A DNA stretch of 64,000 bases from Ginglymostoma cirratum. Taxonomy: Eukaryota. Positions 51,819 through 64,000 of this stretch are shown here, piece after piece (the first letter of the stretch is position 1; the number at the start of each line of letters is the position of its first letter). The notes beneath the pieces were generated by a model that was given only the letters and a program-made list of their open reading frames with translations, was not told the origin of the DNA and made no database searches. The translations under genes and the position numbers were made by a program. The stretch is from the NCBI GenBank assembly GCA_024137785.1, contig JAHRHZ010000041.1, forward strand, positions 22,647,518 to 22,711,517. Reading direction: 5' to 3'.

Positions 51819-52207
51819 GTGAGTGACATGCTGAGCAGAAATAGGGTTTAACATTTGATAACTTTGAAGAAGATCTGAGAATGAATAAGTAACGCATGCA
51901 GACACCACCAACAACTACTTCATTCAATAGATTGGAGGTTTTTTTATTTATTCAGGACAGCACAGATTGCAAAACACATTCATGTGACTTTCCTTTATTC
52001 ACTACTATAACCAATCAACTGACCCAATTGTTGTAAATCGGTTAATATTGCAATTGAAAAAGAAAGCAGATGATTGTCTTGCAAGGGTATTAGGAATGTA
52101 TATGTAATATCTGAAATTGTTAACCCTAGGCTCTGATTGTTTAAACTATTATCACGCCTGAAGTACAAGGACAGCATTCATGAAAGCACAAATATTTCAT
52201 AACTAAG

Positions 52208-52345
52208 AAATAGTAGGAACTGCAGATGCTGGAGAATCTGAGATAACAAGGTGTAGAGCTGGATGAACACAGCAGGCCAAGCAGCATCATAGGAGCAGGA
52301 AAGCTTGACGTTTCGGGCCTAGACCCAGAAGGGTCTTGATATCTC
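52208..52345 (+). mobile_element. Young palindromic (Penelope-related) retroposon copy with 15-bp TSD
   Basis: gtaggaactgcagatgctggagaatctgagataacaagg...agacccagaagggtct. TATTTCATAACTAAG is duplicated at 52193-52207 and 52346-52360. Confidence 0.88.
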
Positions 52346-53555
52346 TATTTCATAACTAAGTTCTTTTTAAACTTTGTATTCAGTTTGATAGATTATACAC
52401 AGTTATGACTTGCTTTCATCTGATGTAAAGATCTGCTGAAAGATCATTGTGAAATAAGGCTCTTCAAAAGCATGATCTCAAAAATTACTTCCTTTCAAGT
52501 CAAAAAGTATTGTTTTGGATTTGGTTCACTACAATAGGATGAATTGTAAGCAAATTTGAATGGAAAAGCCTTACACTTCAAACTCTCTTATGTAACTTGT
52601 ATAAAATCAGGTACTAATTGAATGGTTTTGATACTCCTTGAACAGAGGAAGTAAATCTTCAACAACTCTAGACAAATAAAGAATGGTTGAATGTTGAAAG
52701 TTGTAGCATACTGTTGTCCTATCTCCTGACTTCTTGACGCAATCCTTGATATGGCCACCAGTGGAACCACTGCATATGTTCTTGGCACTCAGCATCTAAA
52801 CCAGCGATCTATGTGGGGACACTGGAATGTGCTCCGGAAAAGTTCATTTAAAAAATCTTCATCAGTTATATCTGTGGGATCATGAGGATGAATATTGACC
52901 CAGACCTTCCAGTCTCCAGATAGTTGGAGAGCAGACCTATGCATGATGCACTGAGTTCACAGGAATTGCCTGGAAAGTTTAAACGTCTTTTGAGCAATTG
53001 CCCCTCTTCCCAGAGCTCTTCAGAAGTCTTCAACTCCAAAAGCAAAAGATTACATGGAGGCAGATTGCTCATCACCCTGGAAGAAGAATCACTGACGGGC
53101 CAATTGATTGGGAAGAAGTTCGCACCACAGCCAGGGTGAACTACGTGTGGGCTGAATTTCTGGAGGGTTGGACTTCTGTCCCTCACCAGGGAGCAAGTCT
53201 CACCCTCTGAGTTGCTGGCCAATCCAGCAGTCCCAACAGTACCAGAGCTCGGTAGTGGGCTCTACCATTTCAGCAGGCCGACCCACAAAGGAGGACCGAT
53301 GGATTCCAGCGTGAGGTAAGTCAGGATTTTTGGGTGGGGAGCAGTTGCTCATCTTAGAGAGGGGTGAGGAGGTTGAGAATGTGGTTTTTTTGCAGGGACA
53401 GGAAAGAAGGAGGCATACTGTCTTCTCGGGGATGAACAAAAAGTCTCTCCAAAGAAGGAGCCCCCATATTTCCCACCATTGTATGAAGAAAGGGCCATGC
53501 TGCCCCATCTACCTGTCTACACCAGCATGTGCAGTGTTTATTGGGCCCAATTGAG

Positions 53556-53586
53556 AGACATACACACGCACACACACATGCACACA
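53556..53586 (+). repeat. Imperfect (CA)n microsatellite
   Basis: gacatacacacgcacacacacatgcacaca. Confidence 0.6.
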
Positions 53587-53694
53587 TTTCCAAGCCCTGA
53601 TTAGTTACCTGTTAGTTCACCCATGACTTGGGTGAAACGTTAGACAAATTAAAATCACATGTAACTTCTGATTTATGATGCAGCTGACCTTAAG

Positions 53695-53795
53695 GGCTCT
53701 TATGTGGTAAGTGTCCCTACCTTTGAGTCAGAAAGCCTGGGTTTAAGTCCCACCTGCAGTGTGTTATAACATGCTTGAACAGGTAGATTAAAAAT
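53695..53795 (+). mobile_element. Short tRNA-derived SINE fragment
   Basis: gtggtaagtgtccctacctttgagtcagaaagcctgggtttaagtcccacctgc...aacaggtagattaaaa. Confidence 0.6.
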
Positions 53796-55879
53796 ATGTA
53801 CAATTGACCAGCAGCCCTCTGAATCACCCAACGAATTCCCCCATAAATACTCCCCCACACTGACTATCTGACTGCATCTTTGGTCCTGCGAACACTACCT
53901 TCGCTGACCCACCTACCTTTCTGCTTCACTGCCCTAATGTACCCACCTACCACCTAAACCGTTTGCTACCCTTCAGACCAACCAGCCTTGTCACCTTGTC
54001 ATCCTTCTAACATGCCACCTGACCTTCTTATCTACTTATCTTTTGTAAAGGGTGTAACGGCCTATAATAAGTCAGAAATAGATACTTGAAAATGGAGGAA
54101 ATCAGGTAAATATACATTGTGTGTGTAAGCATTGGGTGAATAATAACTGTGAAAACAATAATTGTGAAAACTTACTGTAAATGTCCACAGCAATATGTTC
54201 ACTCTTGTTGGGGGCACCTTCCAATATCCAGCTTCATACTGCAGTACCTATTATCTTTCATACAGGTCAGTTGTTTTTTCAGTCTCAAGCAGCAGTTGTA
54301 CTGTCAATTTTAGGTCTACTTGAAGCAGTTTTGGATGTATAGTTAATTATCAATATAACATCACTGTCAGATCCTGTCATGATACCCAAAAGTGCTAAAG
54401 TCCAAAAGTGTAAGAACCTTGTAAGAAACTGTGTCTCACTGATTCAGGTTCAGTGTAACTGTACTCAAGTGAAAGGCCAAATTAAATGCCCTGGTAGTTT
54501 GTTGGACTGCGTAGGATCTTTGAAAACTTTGCTGAGAATAGCTTCTTGCTGAGTTACGCTTTTATTAACAATTAGTAACTGAAAACACAGAGCTCTGGAT
54601 CACACCCGCTCACAGACATGCGGGGCTGCTTTGTAGCTGATTTTAATATGACATGGGTGAATAAGCAGCTCACGGTATAACTCTGGTCTGCCAACCATGC
54701 AAGGTACTTCATAAGACAAGCCTGAGACTCTGAATTCCAGTCTAAATGTGCAGTGTCAAAAACTGGGCTTGCATGAAATATTTTCGACCTGTCAATTGTT
54801 ATGTAGGTTTCTTTTAAGTAATCGAGTAGATCTGCTTGCTCAGCAATTTTTAGTCCTATCTAATTCAGTCCTATCTGATACCTCAATTCAGACAGACTAA
54901 ACCCAGTGGTATTTTTGATATGTCAAAAATCTAATGCATGACAGTGTATTTTTTGTCGTGGATTGATTGAATAGAATATTCAGTTGATTGGACCTGGACA
55001 GGTGGAATATTTTTAGTGGATTTCTCGATCTCATGCCACAACATTGGCATCTTTTCCCCAGCATTCCAAGAGATTTTCCACCAGCACTAATGTGGGGAGC
55101 CATGAAGAATTCTGGGGAACTTACTTACTATGAAAGAACCCTTGATTCCCCTAAAGAGTGCCTAAATTTTAAATTCACCACTACTTTGGCAAACTGAGAA
55201 TGTCTGGCATGAAATAGGAATTCAGTTTTCAAATCAGAAAGTGTATGCCAATTTTAATTCTTTTCACCTGGTGTAATTTGTTTGTGGAATCCCGTGGTAA
55301 GGAAAGGGTAAGTTTTTGTCAAATAAGTTGTATGTTCTCAATTACTTTGTCGCTGCTTCTCTCCACGATGCAGCTTTCAGCATATCATCTAACTGTCGGC
55401 TTCATTTTGGTGGTTTAATTCTATTTATTTAATTCTATGAGAAAATATATTCCTCAGAAGCTGTACTTACCTTCAGTTGTCTTCTGTGATAAACTACTTT
55501 CCTAAAAGCAGCAACTCATGCTCAGGCTTCACAAGCAATGACAATTCTTCAGTACTTCGCCCAACTATTTTCAGATATGAATCTTGACAATGAACATTGA
55601 GAGGTCATTTATCTGTGTGTGTCATCACAAACCTATCCACACCTATAACCTTATACAAAATTATGGTACAGAAAAGAATGCATTCCCGGCTCTTTACTAC
55701 CGAAATGCAAAACTAATCCCAAAGCTCTTTTTCCCCATAGCATTCCGAATTGAATGTTCGACCTTGCTTCCTTTAAAAGATGTAATTGTTTCTTCCTCAG
55801 TCATTTTCTGTGGCAAAGCATTCCATGCTCTAACAACTGTTATAGAAGTAATCCATCGAATCACTTGTTATTCTCTGAT

Positions 55880-56589
55880 ATAGTAGGAACTGCAGATGCT
55901 GGAGAATCTGAGATAACAAGGTGTAGAGCTGGATGAACACAGCAGACCAAGCAGCATCAGAGGAGCAGGAAGGCTGATGTTTCAGGCCTAGACCCTTCTT
56001 CTGAAGAAGACTCTAAGCCCGAAACGTCAGCCTTCCTGCTCCTCTGATGCTGCTTGGNNNNNNNNNNNNNNNNNNNNNNNNNNNNNNNNNNNNNNNNNNN
56101 NNNNNNNNNNNNNNNNNNNNNNNNNNNNNNNNNNNNNNNNNNNNNNNNNNNNNNNNNNNNNNNNNNNNNNNNNNNNNNNNNNNNNNNNNNNNNNNNNNNN
56201 NNNNNNNNNNNNNNNNNNNNNNNNNNNNNNNNNNNNNNNNNNNNNNNNNNNNNNNNNNNNNNNNNNNNNNNNNNNNNNNNNNNNNNNNNNNNNNNNNNNN
56301 NNNNNNNNNNNNNNNNNNNNNNNNNNNNNNNNNNNNNNNNNNNNNNNNNNNNNNNNNNNNNNNNNNNNNNNNNNNNNNNNNNNNNNNNNNNNNNNNNNNN
56401 NNNNNNNNNNNNNNNNNNNNNNNNNNNNNNNNNNNNNNNNNNNNNNNNNNNNNNNNNAGGAGCAGGAAGGCTGATGTTTCAGGCCTAGACCCTTCTTCTG
56501 AAGAAGACTCTAAGCCCGAAACGTCAGCCTTCCTGCTCCTCTGATGCTGCTTGGCCTGCTGTGTTCATCTAGCTCTACACCTTGTTATC
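55880..56589 (+). mobile_element. Full hairpin (palindromic) Penelope-related retroposon with 14-bp TSD, spanning an N gap
   Basis: Left arm agataacaaggtgtagagctggatgaacacagcag... is inverted at ...ctgctgtgttcatctagctctacaccttgttatct. TGTTATTCTCTGAT occurs at 55866-55879 and 56590-56603. Confidence 0.88.
56058..56457. other. Assembly gap (400 N)
   Basis: Run of N. Confidence 0.99.
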
Positions 56590-59500
56590 TGTTATTCTCT
56601 GATTGTTGTTTTTAAATTGATGACCCATTTTTACTGACTCAACAGAGGAAATAATTCGTTTTAGTCACTTTATCGTAATCTTTAATCATTTTAACAGCTT
56701 CTATTAAATCTGTTTTTGGATTCCTCTGCTGTTGTGGAAATAATTCCTGGAGTAAAATTGTCTCTTCATAACCAAAATTTCTCATCCCTAGTGTCATGCT
56801 GGTAAATTTATTCTCACAACACAGACATCCAGACAACATCCCTGGCTACTGACAATCAGATGAATTATGGCCATTTTCCCCGTCCTAATGTGATAATGTT
56901 GAGACCTATCTCACTAATTTCATTGACTGAAGTCAGAAGCTCCTGCCGTACAGTCCTTGAATCTTTGAGTAAAGCCTGAACTCAAACAGTCACTTAGCAG
57001 TGATTCCACATATACAGAAGTAGATTTCAGGGATAAATTGGGCCTTTTTTGAAAAGGTAAGAAATGGAACAATTGGAATGTTGCACAAAACTAATTCCTG
57101 TAGGAAAGTAAAAAGATTGGATTTTGAGAATTTTTAAAAATCAATATACTGCCAGAACTAACGAGAATAATCTCAAATTAGAATTTGCGTAGTCAACTGT
57201 AAATACATGTAAATACAATAAAAACAAACAAAAATATGCTGATTCCAAGAACTTTGCTTGGCTTCGTACTCATCAGGGAATTTGTCTTAGCCTGCTGCCT
57301 TTAAGTCACTGTGAGAAAAGTAACACACCATACAAATGATTATTCTTGATACGTTTGGTTCCTCTTTGTACCCTATGGTGACAGTGTTCCCTCTGATTTC
57401 GGTTGCCATCACTGTCGTAGAACATCTGTACTCCCCTTTAAAGCCGCTTCACTGTTAAACTCAAGCCCAACATGGCATTCTTCACCGTACAAGGTATGAG
57501 AGGTTCATTGTTTATATTGTCTACCCTCTGGCATTTCTGGATGAGCATGTCCAATTAATATTGAGCTGCAAGCAAAGTTCTGCTGTGGATCCATGTCCAT
57601 GAGGAATTACTTTAGATTCTGCCAACTCATTTCATTTCAGACCTTTAATCACCATCAGATATAAATTTTCATTTCTTCCATCGGTCTGATACAAGACTTT
57701 ACAGTTAGTAATGACGTGTCTGACCTTGATATTCATGTATATGCTCTATTCGAGTGGTATCTACATCTTAATATCAAACCTTTGCTTGCCACAAGTAGCC
57801 AGTAAGCTTATTCTGAAAAGTTACGAATTTGTATAGCCTTAAAAGCCACAACTTCAATTAAACAATGCCAAATTCGATGGGACTAATTGACAATATCTAA
57901 CTATTACATCTTTTCAGTACAATTGGCTTATTTGACTGGGCAAAAAGATCTTGAAAGTAATGCATGGCTTAATGAAATAAATCAAAACACAAAGGGTGAG
58001 AGGGTGCTCAAAGAGTTAACTTCTTGAACACATTCTCTCCTAAAGCACGTCAGATAGGCATGATTTCTATCTGAAGAAAGGCTGTGCGATTAATTGCACA
58101 ATTCATGTTTTGCAGGCCAAGGTCACATCGCGTGTAATCACCAAGTTATACTGCAAACCTTTGGCGATGCGACCAAGGTCTAGAAAATAAGGTATTGCGC
58201 AATAATCTCTAGACCATTTCATCCTTGCATGCTTGCTGACATTATCGTTTTTGCCTCACAAGTTCCACTTTTCCAGGGTTCAAAGCTACTGGAAATATAA
58301 ATTAGGTCATTTCAAACTTGGAACTCAGTCTACAAATAAGAACGGAAGTATTTAATCAATTAACTTGAGAGCAGACAAGCAAGATTCAACTAAGGTTCAT
58401 GCGTGCTGATTTACTTTCACTTGCAAATCTACTTTCACTCTCCTCTAAATTTCATGAGTTTAAAGTTCATCTGTTTGACTGAACATTGAGGTAAGCTTAA
58501 CAAGATGAATGGGCTTTTCCTTGTTCTCATCTTACACCATGTACAATGGTAATGTGGTTTTCCTGTTCTAGTCTCCAATTCCATTGATTAGTGACAATGT
58601 TTCCTATTTAATATCTTGGACAGCTCACTGATATAGTACACTTTTCCAGCAGACTTTTCTAACTGACTTTTTTATATTGTATACATATTTTGTAGTGTGC
58701 CCTTGGAAACTTAACCAACATAATTAGTCAGTCATATGATATGTTACGTGATAAAGGCATTAAATAATTATTGAGGATGTATTCTAATACTTTTCTCATT
58801 AATCAATTTCACTTTTCAACATTGGCAAATCATCAGTTGCTATGTATGTTTTCTGATTTAACCCTCCCATCGTGTTTTAGTCTTTACTGTAAGCCCAGCA
58901 GTGGAAAGGCAATAACTTATATGGTTAAGTCACAGGGCTGTCTGGTCCCACAGAGGTTGATGGATAGATCGAGTGCCCTGTTGCTGTATTTTATTCTCAA
59001 AATTAGTGAAGGATGTTTATGGATAATATCAAATAAAATCAAGGCTTATCTGTGTTCAAAGCTCAACTTCGTATGAGTCATCTTAAGATAATAATTCCAT
59101 TGTCAGTATTGCTATCCAGTGGATTTGTAAGATACTGTGAACATGTGCATAACCTGGTGAAATAATATGCCGTCAGTTCTCTATATCAGCTGACTGCTGT
59201 AGGGAACTGTTGAAAGGACGTTAAGAAGAAAGGTTGATGCATTCTTTAAAACTGAACAATTATTATTCCTCCCTTTCTAGCAGGCAGTATGTTTGCAACA
59301 GTACTGCAAAGACATATTTAGAAATGAGGGAAACAACTAAATAAAAAATAATACACTAATAAGTAATTTAAACATTACTTTTAAGCAAAATGTTATCTCA
59401 GGAGTATTATGACTTTTCAGTAAGTTCCAAAACATTGAATAATTATTGTTCTAAGACATTGCTCATGCTGTTCCAATTTGTCATCCACACAGTAAGTCCA

Positions 59501-60363
59501 CCAGTTAGTATTTGTATTTTCTACTGTAATCTTACAATGATGTTTTAGTCTTCACTGTGGTGAGAAAGTAATATCGCTTGGATCCCCAATATGCAGTTGC
59601 TCAAGTCAGCATATAACTGAACATACATAAGCAAGGGTGCTGGTGCTTATAATCTATATGCAAAGTTTAGTTATATCTATTACGACAGAAGTTGAGTTTC
59701 AACAATTGTCTATGTGACCTCAGAGCTAGGGAGAGAAACTTAGTCAGGATTCCCAATTATTACTAGTCAGTGTGACTGTTTAAGTATTTGGTGATGACTG
59801 GATTAGCTCTCCTTGTGATGTCCCTGCAAGTGAACAATCTCCCAATATTTCATGGAAGGTGCTCGAAGGTAAGTAACACATGTGGAATTATATTCCACAT
59901 CTTCACAAGAGAAGGGAGAACATTAGCAAAAGAGTCAACTTGAAGATTGATTAATATCTGTCTCATGGGCATTTAATAATTCAAATCATGCTAGAAATAG
60001 GAAATGTATTTATTGGGGTGGATCCACTGATCATTGGAATTCCAATATCATATTTATGTATAGGTCCTGAGACTACCTATATTGTCAGTTTGTCTGCTGG
60101 TACAATCTTCCAGGCAGCCTCCTATTTGGCCCCTTCCTTGCTTATCATTCTATCAGGATGGTAGGCTGCAGGACCAAACAGAATGCACACAGCAATGTCA
60201 TCAGCACTTACAAGGAGAGAATGGATGCTGGCAGAGTAGGCAGACAAGAATGATGGCACCTCAAAATGGAGTCTCTTCAACTTCCTGCATTAAATTTATA
60301 AACTAAATAAGATCAAAGTAGCAGCTAGTAAAGAATTTCGAATGTAATTCCCACCTCAACAAA

Positions 60364-60720
60364 GAGAGGTGATGGCCTAGTGTTATTACTGCTAGATTAT
60401 TAATCAAAAGACCCAGGTAATGTTTTGGGACTTAAGTTCAAATCCTGCCTTGGCACTTTCTAGAGTTTGAATCAATAAAACAGGAGTCTAATAACGAATG
60501 TGAAACCATTGCCAGGTGTTGGGGGAAAAACCCAATTGGTTCACGAATGTCCTTCAAGAAGGGAAACTGCTATCACTAAGTGGTCTATCCTATATGTGAC
60601 TCCAGACCTAGTGCAATGTGTTTGACTCATTACTGGCCTCTAGGCAATTGGGGATGGACCTTAAATGCTAACCCAGCCAGTGACACATAGGTCATGTGAA
60701 TGACTTTTGTTTGAAAAAGA
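60364..60720 (+). mobile_element. tRNA-derived shark SINE (SacSINE1/DeuSINE-like), second copy
   Basis: gatggcctagtgttattactgctaga...aagttcaaatcc...aaaaacccaattggttcacgaatgtcctt...ggcaattggggatgg. Ends about 80 bp before the last IGSF9B acceptor. Confidence 0.8.
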
Positions 60721-60800
60721 AACCTGTTTAAGGCCTACCACACATACACTAACATTGATGTTTAGTTGACATCTAATTAAATTCTCCTTTCTTCGGATAG

Positions 60801-61027
60801 GTTTTCCAATCTCACAGGTCCAGCAGCCCGGTGAATCTCAGGTTCTCCAGCCCCAAGGCATTCTCTACCTCCAAAAGAAGAAGAGACACTCCCGTCAGGA
60901 CCCTTATGCTTATTTTTCTGCCATGAAAGAAGAGTTTCACAAGTACAGACACCAGCCTGAGGATGAAATGGCCATTCTAGATCACGTGGATCATGAAGAA
61001 CACCAGGGGAAGGCAACACAGCTCTAG
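60801..61027 (+). CDS. IGSF9B: IGSF9B last coding exon with PDZ-binding C-terminus
   Basis: ctttcttcggatag|GT. Encodes SFPISQVQQPGESQVLQPQGILYLQKKKRHSRQDPYAYFSAMKEEFHKYRHQPEDEMAILDHVDHEEHQGKATQL*, stop TAG at 61025-61027. KKKRHSR.DP and AIL..VDH match the long IGSF9B isoform; T-x-L is a class I PDZ ligand. Confidence 0.92.
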
Positions 61028-64000
61028 TTATAGTTATTAGTTACAACAAAAATACTTGACAAGATTTGTAAATCTGTGTACAGAATGTGTTTCCTGCTCA
61101 AAGAAGTCAAGTACCGACTCTGTGGTAGAAATTAGCTTTGTGGTCTCAGTTGTGCAAACAACCGTGCTACAGTGCTATATTCTTAGCTACCTACCCCACA
61201 ACTAAAAATAACCACCCCATATTCGTATATATCCCTTTAAAGGCCTACTTAAAGGTTGGCAATGTTTTGTTTTGTCAACCTGCTTAGTTTAACTGCTTGA
61301 AAAAGAAATGGTGTGAAGAAACATGTAGTTTGTATTAATTTTGTTTTGCCAAATCTATAACAACACTTAGGGAACATTTATCTGCCCATCAGTATCCCCT
61401 CCAAAATGATTTCATAACAGCAAAATGACAGAGCAGTCAATGATAAATTAAACTGAGATGATACACTTGTTTTGACAGATCTTCCTGCTCTATGATGTCT
61501 CATTTTCTGATAGGTATATATGCTATATTTCCATCTACCACTTAAAATGGCACCATGTCAGATGCTGAATTTATTGCTTTTGTACAGCATATGAGAACAA
61601 TGAGTAATATTTCATTTGCCATAAGATTTGGAATGAAAGTTGAGAGTGCTGAATGGCACATGCCTGCTATGGTTTTATAATGCTCTTTTCCCCCCTTGTA
61701 TTGTTTCTGCTGAAAAGCCCAAGGACCTATTTTGTTGGCCTCCATTCATTATCGTAGCTTTGAGAAAATTGTTGTTGAACTGCTCCAAAGTGGCTTTAAC
61801 TTCCAGATTTTAAGATTTTTTTTTCTCTGTTGATCAACACCATAGTTTTTGTTGTGGCATATCTGGTGAATGAATCTAACTTACATTATTAGATATCTAA
61901 CCAAGTATTGGAAATTCATTCAAGTAGTGTTATGGAGCATTATGTATAGGTAAGCAAGTGAATGGAATAATTTGATTACCTTGTTCGAGGTGGTGTTAAG
62001 ACTGTTACACCATCTAAAACAAGACTGACAATCATATCTGTTAAAGTATTATTCTGGCTTGTCCTTACATTCAGCAAAGACCATCGGCTTTTTCGCTGGC
62101 ATGAGTCTAATTCCTTTTTCATATCTGGTAGTTTACCAGAAAAGTTTGTTGTCAGAGTCAAATGATCATAAATGGGTGAATTCAGTTTTTTTCACCTTTT
62201 CCTGTACTTGCAAAATTCTGTAATAATTCTTCATACATTTGTACTGGCAATAAAACAGGTCTTTTTTTAATCCATGCATCTGCGTATATCACCGGGACAG
62301 TAGATTCCTTCATAGATCCTGTGACAGGTTAGCCACATGTTGAGACCAGTGCAGGCATTCATTGAAAGAACTAATTTCTGTATATTAGGAACTGGTAATC
62401 AATCTGACTACTTGTGCTCAGTTTTTATTAGTTTTGTTAATATTCTGTACTTAAGACAATTGTCATTATCAGTGCCTGTTAGTCAGAAAGACATAATCCA
62501 ATGGATTATTTGTCTTTCAATATCCAATCAGAAGGTTGATTCAATTTTTTTGAAGGAAATTTATTGAAAATAGAAAATCAAAAATGTTGCAAGAGTAAAT
62601 CTCCTTAAGCTGACTAGACTTTGCAAGTTTGATAGCTGACTGGATATTCCAAAAGCAAAATTAACCTAGTATTCAGACATAGACTAGTAAAATATGAATG
62701 TAATATCAACATTGTCATGGTTAATTAGGCATTTTATAAACTAACAATTAGGAAATAAACTAAACTACATTAAGGGATTTTATCCTTAAATATTGAGGGA
62801 AAAATGAAGTGAGGAAAAATGTAGAGGCTGTAAAATGAAATATTGCAATAGACAAAATTCATTGTTACTTGCCTTCTACCAGATTTTAGTTATATATAAT
62901 ATTTGATAGTGCATAACAACCTCTAAACCTTTGTAAATCTATACTGATGGACAGTTTCAGATAACGGTAACCTTCCCTCCTTCATTACACCGCCTTTCTC
63001 TTTTTGGACATTGGCATCTCGTAATGTGAATAAAATAAGCATCAAACTGATGCAATCCAACAGAATTTCAGCAAAATCCAAAAACAATGTTCAGTAAAAA
63101 GCAATTTTCAGAATGTACCTTGATGTTGTATTAGAATTCATGCACAACAATGATCACCCAACATTTTAGAACTTTTGTTATCAGAACACATCATTTTCTT
63201 TAAGCAATTATCACCAAATCTTGCAATTTGTGTATTTACTGCAAAAACCCATTTGAAATGTAAAATTAAGCAGCCTTGGAGTAATGGTCAATGTGACATT
63301 GGTATCCTTGTAATCTATCAAGGAGAGATTTTAATGATATGTTCATGAGTTCATGGGAGTAGCCCATTTGTTAAAGCATTTCCATAACTCAATGTTTCAG
63401 ATGGGATATCTGATAAGTAGTCTGCAGTGATTTGTATGTTTAGGAATATGATTCACATCTTTCTGTTGGTTCGTGATGCTGTTCTGCTTTAGACAGTGCC
63501 ATCAGAGTACACTTTAACATGAACTTGTATATGTATGAATGAAATGCTTGTCAGTGACTACACAATTGCAGGACTATTCTGCTCATAACATTCTGCAATA
63601 TTTTTCAAAGAAACCTTTGGACAATTTAAACTGAGAGGGAAGATCTTTCTATCATATCATTTAAATGTAATCAGTACATCAAAAGACAAGTGCAATGTAC
63701 TTGAATCATGACTTCCAGCTCTGTATTTAACTTTTTTCTTGACTTGATGTGGAAACATTTTTAGAGAACAAATGTTTATTCAGAAAAAGTATTGACATTG
63801 ATAAATATGAAAAATATATTTATAACAATGTATAATTAGTGCGGCATCTGCCTCACCAACATCGAATAGGGACAATTTCTCTTAGCAAAAATCTTTATGT
63901 ACTGAGATGTTCATTTTTACAGATGCTTTATTAATGATGCATGCGGCTTGGAAGTCAAGTATACTTTGAAGAAAAGTAGAGGAGAAAGAAAATGAAATTA
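61028..64000 (+). other. IGSF9B: Probable IGSF9B 3' UTR (may extend beyond the window)
   Basis: Follows the stop codon; AT-rich with no recognisable TE. AATAAA at 62249-62254, 62754-62759 and ~63029. The true cleavage site cannot be determined from sequence. Confidence 0.6.

Larger units (their letters stand above)
55660..56800 (-). mobile_element. CR1 3' fragment interrupted by the hairpin retroposon
   Basis: ggcaaagcattccatgctctaacaact before the insertion and the minus ORF MRNFGYEET...DLIEAVKMIKDYDKV after it. Confidence 0.65.

Noticed and set aside
56047-56544. ORFs of 165 and 144 aa
   Set aside because: Artefacts of translating through the N gap.
55880-56589. Pre-miRNA, or CRISPR-like repeats with copies at 6141 and 52208
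   Set aside because: A dispersed repeat with TSDs in a vertebrate genome, with no repeat-spacer periodicity.
1-64000. Prokaryote-type novel system (defence operon, CRISPR, retron)
   Set aside because: The window is a spliced vertebrate gene with TE-filled introns. All RT motifs belong to broken LINEs.

Overview
Vertebrate genomic DNA, AT-rich, almost certainly from a cartilaginous fish: it carries an HE1 V-SINE, Deu-type SINEs, CR1/HER1 LINEs and a palindromic Penelope-like repeat typical of sharks. The window holds the 3' part of one + strand gene, IGSF9B (protein turtle homolog B). Nine coding exons (175-286/298, 14707-14882, 19768-19994, 21349-21433, 21558-21719, 25834-25879, 26658-28328, 51697-51818, 60801-61027) splice in consistent phase. 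They encode two FN3 domains, the transmembrane helix, a long Pro/Ser-rich tail with a PPAY motif, and a C-terminal PDZ-binding motif (ATQL*). A probable long 3' UTR follows. The introns contain CR1 and RTE LINE fragments, SINEs, a decayed Harbinger transposase and hairpin retroposons with target-site duplications. The most interesting signals concern control of the C-terminus by splicing. These are a pair of candidate micro-exons in a repeat-poor intron that preserve frame together but are separated by a single UAG, a perfect internal donor with a possible in-frame exitron in the large exon, and stop codons placed at donor sites. The 400-N gap looks like an assembly artefact. Almost all ORFs in the supplied track are spurious or TE-derived. 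Repeat boundaries are approximate and families were recognised by eye.
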